DNA from: a virus
Direction: 5' to 3' (one strand)
IMG/VR virus record: IMGVR_UViG_3300047160_007109
Location: 12,925 to 76,924 of that record
Length of the DNA stretch: 64,000 nucleotides
Shown one piece after another: positions 1-9,258 of this stretch. The notes under the pieces were generated by a model. That model had not been told where the DNA came from. It was given only the letters and a program-made list of their open reading frames with translations, and did no database searches. Position 1 is the first letter of the stretch; each line of letters starts with the position of its first letter. Position numbers and translations under genes: made by a program.

Positions 1-529
1 CCTGGCGGCGGGCGACCATGAGGTCGGCCTTGAGGTCGTCGATCGTGTGCGACGCCTGGCGCTTCGTCCAGGTCCCCGCCTTGCGGTAGGCGGCGATCTT
101 CTCGTCGGCGTCGATGCCGAGGTCGGCGAGGAGCGAGCGGATGAACCCCTCCTGCGCGTCGGTCGGCTCGGGCTCGGTCGTGCGGCCGGAGCCGGAACCC
201 TGGCGGCGGGACTCGAACCGGTTGAACTCGGCGGCGACGAGGTCGTCCCCGAACGCTGCGCCCGGCTCGCACCACTCGCACGGCAGACCGGCGATCTTGG
301 CGGTCATGGGGACGTTGCGGGCGACGATCGGCTGGTCGCCGATCTGCGGGCAGGTGGCCGAGTAGTGGCCGGTCGTGGAAGTGCAGGTCTCGAAAACCGG
401 CTCCGGGACGTTGGTCCGGCGGCCCCGGCGAGCCTGGCGGCTGGCGTTGGTCTCGATCTCGTTGGTCCGCTCGGTGACGACGGCGGCCATCGGGGTCTCG
501 GTCTGCTGCTGGCTCAGGGTCTCGATCAT
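1..529 (-). CDS. Hypothetical protein, 3' end runs off window (MIETLSQQQTET...)
   Basis: ATG at 529 behind GAGGAGGG RBS; open to position 1; H/C motif (GHYSATCP..CEWC) and PTDAQEGFIRSLL segment; absent from ORF track because no stop. Confidence 0.75.
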   Translation of the reverse strand, partial: MIETLSQQQTETPMAAVVTERTNEIETNASRQARRGRRTNVPEPVFETCTSTTGHYSATCPQIGDQPIVARNVPMTAKIAGLPCEWCEPGAAFGDDLVAAEFNRFESRRQGSGSGRTTEPEPTDAQEGFIRSLLADLGIDADEKIAAYRKAGTWTKRQASHTIDDLKADLMVARRQ

Positions 530-567
530 GGTCCCTCCTCGGGTCCTGTGGTTTGGCGACTAACCCC

Positions 568-597
568 AGAATAGACCCGGCGGAGCACAATGTCTAG
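568..597 (-). promoter_or_regulatory. Dyad promoter copy: TAGACA-N17-TATTCT
   Basis: Matches 8-copy motif; upstream of conserved leader and ATG 529. Confidence 0.8.
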
Positions 598-1050
598 TCA
601 TGCTCGGGGATTTTCTCCGGGTCCGATCAGCCATGCGCCGTACGCCGGACGGTGCGCCCTGCCCTTCCGTTCCAGGTATTGGAGGGCGGCGGAGACGTCG
701 AGCACGGAGTCGTCGCGGCCGTGACCGTCGAGGATGAGGACGATCTCGGAGGGGCGGACCGGGCCGCGGGCTTCGCGGAGGACCCGTTCGACGGCGAGTG
801 CCTTGGGCATCGTCGGCCATTCCCGGCGCGCGCGCTCGACCTGCGCGCGGGCGAGGGCGGCGTCGACGATCTTCTCGCCGAACGTCGCGTGGAGCCTGGC
901 GAGTGGGACGCCGTCAGCTTCGGCTTCGGCGAGCGCGACGCGGAACCGTGCCATCTCGACCTCGGCGGCCGTCGCTCGTTTCTCGGCGAGGTCGTGGAGG
1001 ACGCGGAGATGCTCGATGTGTTGTTCGGGGGACATCGTCGCGTTCGGCAT
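598..1050 (-). CDS. Coiled-coil plus C-terminal winged-HTH DNA-binding protein
   Basis: C-terminal ALAVERVLREARGPVRPSEIV...DVSAALQYLERKGRAHRPAYGAW fits wHTH pattern. Confidence 0.65.
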   Translation of the reverse strand: MPNATMSPEQHIEHLRVLHDLAEKRATAAEVEMARFRVALAEAEADGVPLARLHATFGEKIVDAALARAQVERARREWPTMPKALAVERVLREARGPVRPSEIVLILDGHGRDDSVLDVSAALQYLERKGRAHRPAYGAWLIGPGENPRA

Positions 1051-1059
1051 ACGGCCCGG

Positions 1060-1089
1060 AGACTAGACCAAACCGGGGAACCTGTCTAG
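1060..1089 (-). promoter_or_regulatory. Dyad promoter copy: TAGACA-N17-TAGTCT
   Basis: GACTAGAC/GTCTAGTC inverted arms; -10 ends 9 nt before ATG 1050. Confidence 0.8.
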
Positions 1090-1413
1090 TCAGAACCCGA
1101 ATCGGGGGAGGGCGTCGGGGTCGGGCGGCGGTTCCCACGGTTCGACGGGAGCCGGGACGTACTGGCTTACGAGGAGCCCGAGCCGGGTAGAGACGCCGTC
1201 GAGGTCGCGGTGGATCCAGCCGTGATGACCCTCGCTGCCGGTCGCCCCACCGCAGACGGCGATGAGGTTCTCGGCGGTATCGGGTCCACCGCGGCCTCTT
1301 GGTTGCCGGTGGTGGAGGCGGACCCGGCCGTCGCACGGTCCCGGGGCGAGCCCGGCGACGCGGCAGGTGTGACCGTCGCGGGCGAGGACGGAGCGCCGGA
1401 GTTCAGGGTTCAT
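1090..1413 (-). CDS. HNH endonuclease
   Basis: VLARDGHTC...LHHRQPRGRGGPDTAENLIAVC...HHGWIH; start taken at MNPELRR. Confidence 0.85.
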   Translation of the reverse strand: MNPELRRSVLARDGHTCRVAGLAPGPCDGRVRLHHRQPRGRGGPDTAENLIAVCGGATGSEGHHGWIHRDLDGVSTRLGLLVSQYVPAPVEPWEPPPDPDALPRFGF

Positions 1414-1654
1414 CGGCGACGTGGAACTCCCGGGCCGGTTCGACGCCGGTCGGGATGACCCGGACCCGGACGGCCCGAGCATGGTCGGAGCGGGCGAGTT
1501 CGTCGTCCATGTGCGGGTCCCAGATGACGACGTCGTACCGGTGGCAGGCCGGGCAGGTCCCATCCCAGCGGTACGGTGCCGCCCGGAACCGGAGCGTGGC
1601 CCCGCACGCCGAGCAGTGCTCGTGGTCGACGAGCGGGAGCGGCGTGTCGGTCAT
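1403..1654 (-). CDS. Small Cys-rich hypothetical protein
   Basis: CSAC and CPAC pairs; overlaps neighbours. Confidence 0.55.
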   Translation of the reverse strand: MTDTPLPLVDHEHCSACGATLRFRAAPYRWDGTCPACHRYDVVIWDPHMDDELARSDHARAVRVRVIPTGVEPAREFHVADEP

Positions 1655-1926
1655 CCGGTGAACGTCGGCGGAGCCGGGAACGGGACCGGGGCGGTACTGG
1701 TCGTAATCAGGGGCGGACTGGTAGTAACCGGCGGCGGACTGGTTGTAGTCGGCGTCGTCGTGGTCACGGTCTGCGGAGGGCGGGTCGTCGACGGCGGAGA
1801 CGTGGTCGTAGTCGTGGTCGTCGACGTTGTAACCGGCGGCCGGGTGGTCGTAGTCGGGTGCGGATGCGGCGGCCGAGCCCAGCCGAGCCCGAGCACGGCG
1901 AGCCCGGCCACCGCGAGGCGCATCAC
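1651..1926 (-). CDS. Exported/membrane Thr/Pro-rich (mucin-like) small protein
   Basis: Hydrophobic N-terminus followed by TTTT/PP low-complexity tract; 4-nt overlaps on both sides. Confidence 0.6.
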   Translation of the reverse strand: MMRLAVAGLAVLGLGWARPPHPHPTTTTRPPVTTSTTTTTTTSPPSTTRPPQTVTTTTPTTTSPPPVTTSPPLITTSTAPVPFPAPPTFTG

Positions 1927-2573
1927 TCCGCGGCTCGTTCCTCCCGCTTCTGGCGGGCGATCTCGACCTCGTTCTGGATCTCCGACGGTGCGGGCGGGAG
2001 CGCGGCGGCTTCGGACCGGGCCGACGCCTCCCAGGCTTCGTCGGTCATGCCTTCCGGCTTGGAGAGTTCACGCCCGGCGGCGTCGAGGCGCTCGAACGCT
2101 TCCTCGGTTTCGCAGGCGAGGCAGCCGACGACGCGCTCCAGGGCGTGGTCGCCGACCTTGTGCGCCTCTTGAAGCGCCCGGTCGAGGCGGTACTGGCCGG
2201 ACTGCTCCTCACGGAAGATCCGGACCCGCTCCGCCTGGTCGCGGACCTGCGAGCGGATCACGTCGGCGGCGTCGCCGAGGAGCAGGAGCGCCGTCCCTGC
2301 CTTGAGCTTCTGGATGAACGTCCACTCGCCGGTCCACTCGGCGTCTTTCCCCTTCCCGGCCATCACCTTCTTGAAGCCGTCGCCGTCGACGGCGACCTCG
2401 AACACGACGTAGCCGGTCTCGGCGGCGGGGATGATGACCGGGTTGACGCCGACCGCGTCGGCGAGTCCGTGTCCGGTGTTGCTCACGTCGATCGCCATGC
2501 CGACGACGTCGCCGCCACGGTGGAGGGCGAGGCCGTTGTCGGCGAGGACGTCTGCGATCTTCTCGTTGGGCAT
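1923..2573 (-). CDS. Hypothetical protein
   Basis: MPNEKIADVL start behind GAAGGA; globular composition. Confidence 0.7.
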   Translation of the reverse strand: MPNEKIADVLADNGLALHRGGDVVGMAIDVSNTGHGLADAVGVNPVIIPAAETGYVVFEVAVDGDGFKKVMAGKGKDAEWTGEWTFIQKLKAGTALLLLGDAADVIRSQVRDQAERVRIFREEQSGQYRLDRALQEAHKVGDHALERVVGCLACETEEAFERLDAAGRELSKPEGMTDEAWEASARSEAAALPPAPSEIQNEVEIARQKREERAAE

Positions 2574-2626
2574 GGGCTGGTCCTTCGGGTTGGGGGAGCC
2601 GAGGCGGCTCGTCAGACTCGCATGTC

Positions 2627-3946
2627 TCAGTGTTCGGCGCTTGCCATCGGGACGCCCCAGTCGCCGTCCTCGATCCACGGCCAGAGCGCGCCGCGCTTGA
2701 GGATCTTCGGCCAGGATCGCTCGTCGCGGCCGGGGCGTACCTCGTAGAAGTCGGAGTAGCCGGGCTGCCCTTGGATCGCCTGGATCGCCATGACGAACTC
2801 CGGGGCGCGGAGCCAGAGGCGAGGCCCGGCCGGGCGCAGCGCGCGCTCGCCTGCGCCCTTGGCGAATACTTCGTGCGGGGCGTGGGTCTCCATGACGACG
2901 GCGCAGTTGTGACGGACCCGGATCTGGTTGATCGCCTTGATGACGCGGCGAGCCCCGGCCTGCTTCTCCTCGGCTTCGGAGTCCATCTGGTACGTCGGGC
3001 CGATGCAGAGGACGTCGACGCGGCCGTCGGGGAGCGCCGCGGCGTTCTTGTCGATTCGATCGTGGAGCCATCGCTCGTCGGCGGCGGAGGCGAGGTCGAT
3101 CCCTTCGGGACGGCAGGTCGGGATGAGTCGGGCCGGGTCGTAGAACCGGCCCTGCATCGACATTTCGAGCGTCGTCACGTTGGCGACCATCCGCTCGACC
3201 TTCTTGCGGGAGATGGTCGTCGGGTTCTCGAAGTCGACGAGGAGCACGTTGAACGCCTCGGGGAGCACGGTGAACCGGAACGGGTGCAGTCCGGCGCTCA
3301 TGGCGATACCGATCTGGCGGAGGAGCGACGTCTTACCGCCGCCCTCGGTCGCCACGATGAGGAGCCGCTCTTGGCGGGCGAGGAGCCCGGGGATGAGCCA
3401 GTCGAAGTCCTCGGTCTGGCGGAGCCACTCCTCGACGTTCGGGTCGGGCAGCCCGGCGACCATCTGCGTGTCGATCGCCTCGATCCGCTTGAGGGCGAGT
3501 TCGATCGCCTCGACGGCGTCGACCGTCTCGTCGTAGGCCGTCTCCGAGATGGCCGCGGACGCCGTGAGGAGCCGCCGCCGGGTCGAGGCGTTCTTGACGA
3601 GGACGGCGTACCGGGTGGCGTGCGCCGAGGCCGGAACTGATGCCTGGATGCGGAGCAGCGCGTTCTTGCCGCCGACGAGATCCAGGTCGGCAGAGCCGAG
3701 CGCCGCGGTGACGAGCAGCGGGTCGACGGCTCCGCCCGTCTCGGAGAGCCGCTCGATCGCCTCGTAGATGCGGGCGTTGCCCGGCTTGTAGAAGTCCTCG
3801 GCGGTGACGCCGACGTCGAGCGCGTCGCGGATCGCCTGGCGGGACATCATCATCGCCCCGAGGAGCGCCGTCTCGGCGTCGAGGTCGTGCGGCGGGACCC
3901 GTCCCGAGCGGGACGGTTCGTTGGGGATCGGGGTCTCGTCAGGCAC
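2627..3946 (-). CDS. Replicative helicase: DnaB-like N-terminal domain plus RepA/AAA_25-type ATPase
   Basis: PPHDLDAETALLGAMM (DnaB-N), Walker A ATEGGGKTS, LLVDFEN. Confidence 0.85.
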   Translation of the reverse strand: MPDETPIPNEPSRSGRVPPHDLDAETALLGAMMMSRQAIRDALDVGVTAEDFYKPGNARIYEAIERLSETGGAVDPLLVTAALGSADLDLVGGKNALLRIQASVPASAHATRYAVLVKNASTRRRLLTASAAISETAYDETVDAVEAIELALKRIEAIDTQMVAGLPDPNVEEWLRQTEDFDWLIPGLLARQERLLIVATEGGGKTSLLRQIGIAMSAGLHPFRFTVLPEAFNVLLVDFENPTTISRKKVERMVANVTTLEMSMQGRFYDPARLIPTCRPEGIDLASAADERWLHDRIDKNAAALPDGRVDVLCIGPTYQMDSEAEEKQAGARRVIKAINQIRVRHNCAVVMETHAPHEVFAKGAGERALRPAGPRLWLRAPEFVMAIQAIQGQPGYSDFYEVRPGRDERSWPKILKRGALWPWIEDGDWGVPMASAEH

Positions 3947-4838
3947 GTCGGGCTCCCCTCCGGGCGATGTACTCCTGCGCTGCGGCGAGATGCTCGGCGC
4001 AGTAGCCGACGTTGCCACCAGCGCCGTGATCTCCGCAGACACGGCAGTCGATCCGGGTCCACGGCATGTTGACGATCCGGTTCCAGTCGTCGTCGGTGAG
4101 CTTCCCGCCGTCGACGACGACGAGCGGAGGCGCGTTGGGACGGTCTGGGTCTCCGCCGCGGTAGTCCTCCCAGGACCCGTTGAGAAACTTGACCGGGTTC
4201 ATCACGTAGCCGCGCGCGACCACGTCGGAGGCCGCGTAGATCCGCGTCGCGTTGAGGAGTTCCTCGACGGACGCGTGAGCACGGAGGAGCGCGACCCATT
4301 TGCGACGCGCGTCTGACTTCCCCCGTTTGCGTGGGTAGATCGCCCAGAACGAGTCAAACGCGTCTCCCTGGTCCTCAAACAGTGACGAGGACGGCGACGC
4401 GCCATTGGACGGTTCATGGACGTCTATGGACGTATCGCGGCTGGACGGGTAGCCGCCCCCCGGCTGGACGGGTAGCCGCCCCCCGGCCAGATCCTGGCCC
4501 CCTACCCGGCCAGATTTCAGCCGCCCCCCTGATTCGGACCCGGCCGGATTCCGGCCGCCCTCCTCCTCGGGTTCGTCGAGGCCCGGGAGGACGAGCCGGT
4601 AGACGTTGGTCGCGCCGTCTCGGCGTTCGACGATCAACTCGCCGAGTTCCTCGGCGGTCCGGATCGCGTCGGTCACGGTCGCCCGGCTCACGCGCGCCAT
4701 GCGGGCGAGGGACTCCTTGCCGCGCCAGCATCCGGTGCCGTCGGAGTGCGACCGGTCGGCGATGGCGAGGAGAACGAGCCGGGTCGAGCCCCGGGTCTCG
4801 GAGTGGTCAAATACGGCCGTCATGGCCTTGATGCTCAC
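3939..4838 (-). CDS. Phage replication initiator (N-terminal HTH, C-terminal FWAIYPRK domain)
   Basis: RLVLLAIAD...LARMARVSRATV HTH; FDSFWAIYPRKRGKSDARRKW; directly upstream of helicase; internal DNA repeats. Confidence 0.8.
   Translation of the reverse strand: MSIKAMTAVFDHSETRGSTRLVLLAIADRSHSDGTGCWRGKESLARMARVSRATVTDAIRTAEELGELIVERRDGATNVYRLVLPGLDEPEEEGGRNPAGSESGGRLKSGRVGGQDLAGGRLPVQPGGGYPSSRDTSIDVHEPSNGASPSSSLFEDQGDAFDSFWAIYPRKRGKSDARRKWVALLRAHASVEELLNATRIYAASDVVARGYVMNPVKFLNGSWEDYRGGDPDRPNAPPLVVVDGGKLTDDDWNRIVNMPWTRIDCRVCGDHGAGGNVGYCAEHLAAAQEYIARRGARRA
4441..4486. repeat. Perfect 23-bp tandem repeat inside initiator gene (iteron-like, probable origin)
   Basis: ctggacgggtagccgccccccgg at 4441-4463 and 4464-4486, with degenerate ggccagat units following. 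Confidence 0.75.
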
Positions 4839-5053
4839 GGCATCCCCCTCCTGCTGTTTCGCGGGGAGGGCGGAGCCGATAGAGTCGGCCTCGGCCTCTC
4901 CGTGAAGTGTTGGTTCACGGCGATAGCCACTGACCCGCCCCGGGTAACAGGTCCCAGGGCAGGGGATCTTGAGTTGGCCCCGGTGATCCGCCGGGGTCGA
5001 CTCGCGTCAGGGGCGAGAGCATCGCGCGCCCAGCCCGCGCGCGCCAGCCCCAC

Positions 5054-5401
5054 TCACTGGACCCGAGCAGCCTCCACGAACGGCAGGAGAGCCCGGTTCC
5101 CCGCAGCGCGATCGTCGCCGAGCCAGACCCGCATCCGGACCCTCGTCGGACCGTGATTGTCGAACCAATGCATCGCGCCGGAGGCGACGAGCGCGTCGAT
5201 CCAGCCGATCCACTCCGGCCGCCCGTACCAGCCCGGCGACTTCGGCGGGATCATCAGCGTCGCGTCAGGGAGCCGGTCGGGGAACCGGCGGATCGTGTAC
5301 CCGCGCTCGACGTACTCGGCGAGGAACGGATCGTCGGCGTCGCCGCCGGGCTCGACGGTGATGACGTACGGGCCGTCGCCGCGGAACCCGACCCGGTTCA
5401 T
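5054..5401 (-). CDS. Hypothetical protein
   Basis: MNRVGFRG start overlapping upstream stop. Confidence 0.6.
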   Translation of the reverse strand: MNRVGFRGDGPYVITVEPGGDADDPFLAEYVERGYTIRRFPDRLPDATLMIPPKSPGWYGRPEWIGWIDALVASGAMHWFDNHGPTRVRMRVWLGDDRAAGNRALLPFVEAARVQ

Positions 5402-5589
5402 TTGACGAGGAGCCGGACCCACAGGACGGCCCAGGCGAGGACGAGAACGCCTCCAGCGATCATCACGACGGCGCAGCCGAGGTCGCGCCACGCCTGCGCC
5501 TGCTCGGACCGTCGCTTCCGCCGCTGGCGGCGAGGGTCGGGGTCCTCCCCGAACGGGACGAGGTCCTGAGACGACGTGCGCGGGCTCAT
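5398..5589 (-). CDS. Small membrane protein
   Basis: C-terminal hydrophobic helix AVVMIAGGVLVLAWAVLWV. Confidence 0.6.
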   Translation of the reverse strand: MSPRTSSQDLVPFGEDPDPRRQRRKRRSEQAQAWRDLGCAVVMIAGGVLVLAWAVLWVRLLVK

Positions 5590-5750
5590 GGTGCAGCCTC
5601 GTCGCTCAAGCCGAGGATCGGCTCCGTCGGCGGATCCTGGATGACCATGTTGTGGCCGCAGGAACGGAACAGGCCGCGCCGAGACGCGGAGACCCACCGC
5701 GGCGACTTCCCACACACTGGGCAGGCCGGGAGGCCCGTCAGACCGCTCAC
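5586..5750 (-). CDS. Small zinc-ribbon protein
   Basis: CPVC...C-H; GTGA overlap with helicase stop. Confidence 0.5.
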   Translation of the reverse strand: MSGLTGLPACPVCGKSPRWVSASRRGLFRSCGHNMVIQDPPTEPILGLSDEAAP

Positions 5751-7261
5751 GATGCCGCCTCCTCCGCTTCGTCGTCTTCCCCGGCCGGTTCTGGCGGCTG
5801 GATGATGTGACGGACCCAGCGATCGTCGAGACCGTGCCGAGCCCGAGTCGACGCGACGTACAGGAGCCGCAACTCCTCCGGCGGAGGCTCCTCCTCGCGT
5901 GCCAGCCGGGCCTCGAAATCGTCGGAGAGGAGCACCGTCGGCCACTCCCTCCCCTTCGCCTTGTGCGCCGTCGAGACGATCACGTCAGCGTCGGGTTCCG
6001 GCATCGGATGGCCGAGCGCCGTGATGATCGTCGTCGTGCCGAACTCCTCGACGAGCCGGAAGTTGAGCGCGAGGTCGGAGCCGGACGGGTCGTTGGCGAC
6101 GTAGTCCTCGACCTCGGCCCACGACTTGAAACAGGCGAGGTCCGGGTGCGACGAGAAGCCTTCCTCGCGGAGTTGGCGAGCACCGCGGGCGAACGCGAGG
6201 ACTTCCTTGCCGCCGCCGACGAGATGCGGCGCTCCACCGTCCTGCTGATGGTCGAGGACGTGGCGGACAGCCCGAGCATTCGACCGGCAGAGGATCGCCG
6301 TGTGCGCCTCGTGCGCGCCGACGCGGGACTCGACGGCGTCGTGTCCACGGACTCGGAGCGTCTCGCCGAGGCGGGCGAGGATCAGGTTGGCGTGCTCGGC
6401 GATCGGGTGGCCGAACCGGAATGACTGCGTCAGGTGAGCCCGAGCCGACGCGTCGATCTTGGCGAGGGCGTCGACCGCGCCGCGCCACTGGTAGATCGCC
6501 TGGCGGGAGTCGCCGACCCAGACCCGCTGCGCGTGGTCTTGGCGTTCGACGATGTCGAGCAGGACCGGGTTGGCGTCTTGGGCCTCGTCGAACAAGATCA
6601 CGTCAGCGTCGATCTTCGGGGTCCCGAGTTGCCAGACCTTGAGGTAGACGTCGTGGGAGAAGCGGAGCGTCCCGCCAGGCGACGAGAGGTCAGCCCAGGC
6701 GGTGCGGAGCGCCGGGAGCATCTCCTCGGCGACCGCGTTGTTGTTGACGTACGTCCGCCGTCCGCCGGAGGCGAGCACGTCGATCCCTTCGACGTACGGG
6801 AAGTGCCGGGCCGTCGGCTCCGGGTCGGCCGTCTGGCAGAACGCCGTCGCGGCGCGCATGACGTGCGAGGCGAGCCAGCCGCGCGGGAGCGTCTTGGTCT
6901 GGCTGCCGTACGTGATGTCGAACCCGTAGGTGATGCCGAGCCGGTCGGCGATCTCGATGGAGCGGAGCCGCTTCGACTGGAGCCGATGGGCGTACTGGCG
7001 GCCGACGGCGGCGAACGCGAGCGAGTGCGCCGTCCGGGCCGAGACGTTGCCTGGCATCGAGTTCTCGGCGTCGGTGACGATCGCCTTGTTGAACGCGACG
7101 TACTGGAAGCGGAGCGCCGGGACCGTCGCGGCGATGAACCGCAGCGTCGACGTTTTGCCGGTCCCGGCGAGCGCCTCGATGGCGATGTTCTCCTCCTCGG
7201 AGACGAACAGGTCGCGTGCGGCTTGCTGCTCGTCGGTCGGCTCGAACCCGAGGGCGGTCAT
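5747..7261 (-). CDS. UvrD/Rep-like superfamily 1 helicase
   Basis: ALAGTGKT, FDEAQD, VGDSRQAIYQWRGA, LTQSFRFG, STAHKAKGREW, LYVASTRAR; start at ATGA overlap. Confidence 0.92.
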   Translation of the reverse strand: MTALGFEPTDEQQAARDLFVSEEENIAIEALAGTGKTSTLRFIAATVPALRFQYVAFNKAIVTDAENSMPGNVSARTAHSLAFAAVGRQYAHRLQSKRLRSIEIADRLGITYGFDITYGSQTKTLPRGWLASHVMRAATAFCQTADPEPTARHFPYVEGIDVLASGGRRTYVNNNAVAEEMLPALRTAWADLSSPGGTLRFSHDVYLKVWQLGTPKIDADVILFDEAQDANPVLLDIVERQDHAQRVWVGDSRQAIYQWRGAVDALAKIDASARAHLTQSFRFGHPIAEHANLILARLGETLRVRGHDAVESRVGAHEAHTAILCRSNARAVRHVLDHQQDGGAPHLVGGGKEVLAFARGARQLREEGFSSHPDLACFKSWAEVEDYVANDPSGSDLALNFRLVEEFGTTTIITALGHPMPEPDADVIVSTAHKAKGREWPTVLLSDDFEARLAREEEPPPEELRLLYVASTRARHGLDDRWVRHIIQPPEPAGEDDEAEEAAS

Positions 7262-7617
7262 TCCGGCCATCCGCCCGTCGGCGACGCCGACCATCCAGCC
7301 GCACGTTCTTCACCGATGAGGAGCACGTCGAGTTCGGCCCAGGCGTTGTTGAGGACGAGGGCGAACGCCTCGGACAGCGTGTACGCCTCGACCGGCTTGG
7401 AGGAGCCCGTCGTCTCCTCATCGACGCGCTGTGCGACGACGGCGAGCCGCCGGAGCGCGGCGCGGGGCACGTCCAAGATGGCGACGGTGACGGAGCCGTC
7501 GTCGACGAGACGAGGCCGGAGCCGTTCCACGTCGTAGCCGCGTTCGGCTTCGTCGGCGAGCGCCTGAATGTCGGCGTCGGTGAGGACCCGGCCGGTCCTC
7601 GTGCGGTACTCGGTCAT
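7258..7617 (-). CDS. Hypothetical protein, possible ribbon-helix-helix/CopG-like
   Basis: GRVLTDADIQALADEAERGYDV resembles the N-terminus of actinobacterial CopG-like proteins. Confidence 0.45.
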   Translation of the reverse strand: MTEYRTRTGRVLTDADIQALADEAERGYDVERLRPRLVDDGSVTVAILDVPRAALRRLAVVAQRVDEETTGSSKPVEAYTLSEAFALVLNNAWAELDVLLIGEERAAGWSASPTGGWPE

Positions 7618-7630
7618 GCGTCTCCTCCGC

Positions 7631-8983
7631 TCACATTGGGGCGTGTTCGGTGCAGTAGCCGTCCTCGACAGCCGGGTTCGGGCAGCCGCCCGGCTCCCGG
7701 CACGCCACGACCGCCACAGTGCCGTCTCCCGGCTCGACAGCCGGTTCGGCCGGAGTTGTAGCCGGTTCGGGTTCCGTGACCGTCAGCGAGCCCTCAGGGG
7801 CCGCAGCGGCGACGTTTGCGGCGGCGAGCGTCGCGGCACGGTCCATGCAGGCTTGCCGGTCGACGCAGCGGACGACATCGGAATCGCCGTCGGTCGATTC
7901 CTCGAACGGCCCGGCCTCAGAACGGCAGATGGCGCAGGCGAGCACGGCCGCCTCGTCATGTTCCTGCTCACGTTCGGCTTGCTTCGCTTCGGCGGCGGCG
8001 ATGATGCGGAGCGCCTGACCGGCAGCCGCGCCCTCGATCACGCGCATCGGCGGGAGGCGACGGTCGCGCCACGCGGCGCGTACCTCGTCGACGAGGTCCG
8101 GGTCGAGAGCAGCGACCCGAGACTCCATCTCCGCCCGGGTCTGCGCGGCGGTGAGCGGCTGGTCGACGTTGCGGTCCTCGGCCGGGGCCTCGGGGATCAC
8201 GTCGCCGATGTCGCCCAACTCGTCCGGCGTGTACGTCACTCCGGCGAGGCAGTCCGAGAACAGGTCGCGGCAGAGGATCGACGTAGCCCGGTTCTTCATC
8301 ATCGTGCGAGGGATCTTCTTCCACTGCTCCTTGCCCGAGGCGGCGACGACTTGGATGGCGTCGCCCTGGACGCGCCACGACGAGATGAGGCCCTGATCGA
8401 CGGCGTCGTCGAGGGTGAACTCCGCCTCGTCCTCGTCGCCGTTGTCGACCCGCTTGCCGTGGACGATCGCCCGGTACTGCGGGTCGTCGACGACGACCGG
8501 GTTGATGGAGTGACCGTCGCGCCGGACGAGCGCGCGCATGAGCTTCGCCTCCATCCCGACTTTGCCCTTGATGACGTACAACTGGTCGAGCCCAGCCGTC
8601 AGCGGGATTCCCAGGTCGTTCGCCCGGAGGAGCACGGCGGCGATGTCGTTCGGCTTCTTGCGGAGCGCCTCGGGGACGAGCGTCGATTCGCCGAGGACCT
8701 GCGCGATCCGCATGATCGTGTTGAACCGCGACTCGGACGGGATGACGGAGCCGGGACGTTCTTCGAGCGTCGGAAGCACGTCGGGTTCTCCGGCGGCCGG
8801 AGCCTCGATCGCGGCGAGCGGCGTGTGCGCCCGGATCGCGAGTTCGGCGACGGCCCGGAGGTCAGCGACCTTCGCCGACTTGCCGAGCGCCGGGGCGTGG
8901 TAGTGCTCGGCGACTTCGCGCGCTTGCTGGCCGGTCAGGGACGGGACCTGCTCGACGGTGATGGTGGCGGCGTCGAAACTCAC
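7631..8983 (-). CDS. RecT/Red-beta-like single-strand annealing protein with long N- and C-terminal extensions
   Basis: LRKKPNDIAAV..LGIP...LYVIKGKVGMEAKLMRALV, WKKIPRTMMKNRATSILCRDLFSDCLAGVTYTPDELGD. Confidence 0.85.
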   Translation of the reverse strand: MSFDAATITVEQVPSLTGQQAREVAEHYHAPALGKSAKVADLRAVAELAIRAHTPLAAIEAPAAGEPDVLPTLEERPGSVIPSESRFNTIMRIAQVLGESTLVPEALRKKPNDIAAVLLRANDLGIPLTAGLDQLYVIKGKVGMEAKLMRALVRRDGHSINPVVVDDPQYRAIVHGKRVDNGDEDEAEFTLDDAVDQGLISSWRVQGDAIQVVAASGKEQWKKIPRTMMKNRATSILCRDLFSDCLAGVTYTPDELGDIGDVIPEAPAEDRNVDQPLTAAQTRAEMESRVAALDPDLVDEVRAAWRDRRLPPMRVIEGAAAGQALRIIAAAEAKQAEREQEHDEAAVLACAICRSEAGPFEESTDGDSDVVRCVDRQACMDRAATLAAANVAAAAPEGSLTVTEPEPATTPAEPAVEPGDGTVAVVACREPGGCPNPAVEDGYCTEHAPM

Positions 8984-9258
8984 GGCTGCTCCTCGATGCG
9001 GGTGATGGTCTCGTAGCCCTCGAACGTCAGGTCGAGCCGGTCGAGGGCGACCTCGTCGGCGACGATGCGGGCGTACTGCTCGTTGACGGCTTCGACCTCG
9101 TACTCCCGCCGCCAGACTTCGACGACGCGCCAGCGCGGCAGCCGAGTAGCGGCTTGGACCGCGGCGTTGAGCCGCATCCGGGAGAGGACCTGATCCGGGC
9201 TCGGAACGGTGATCGACTCGGCGATCAGGTCGCCGACGGTCGGGATCTCGTCGCTCAT
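8980..9258 (-). CDS. Hypothetical protein
   Basis: MSDEIPT start behind GGAGGAGG, overlaps Gam-like stop. Confidence 0.65.
   Translation of the reverse strand: MSDEIPTVGDLIAESITVPSPDQVLSRMRLNAAVQAATRLPRWRVVEVWRREYEVEAVNEQYARIVADEVALDRLDLTFEGYETITRIEEQP

Noticed and set aside
4835-5053. 72-aa ORF upstream of the initiator
   Set aside because: No RBS, Arg/Pro-rich composition, overlaps hairpins
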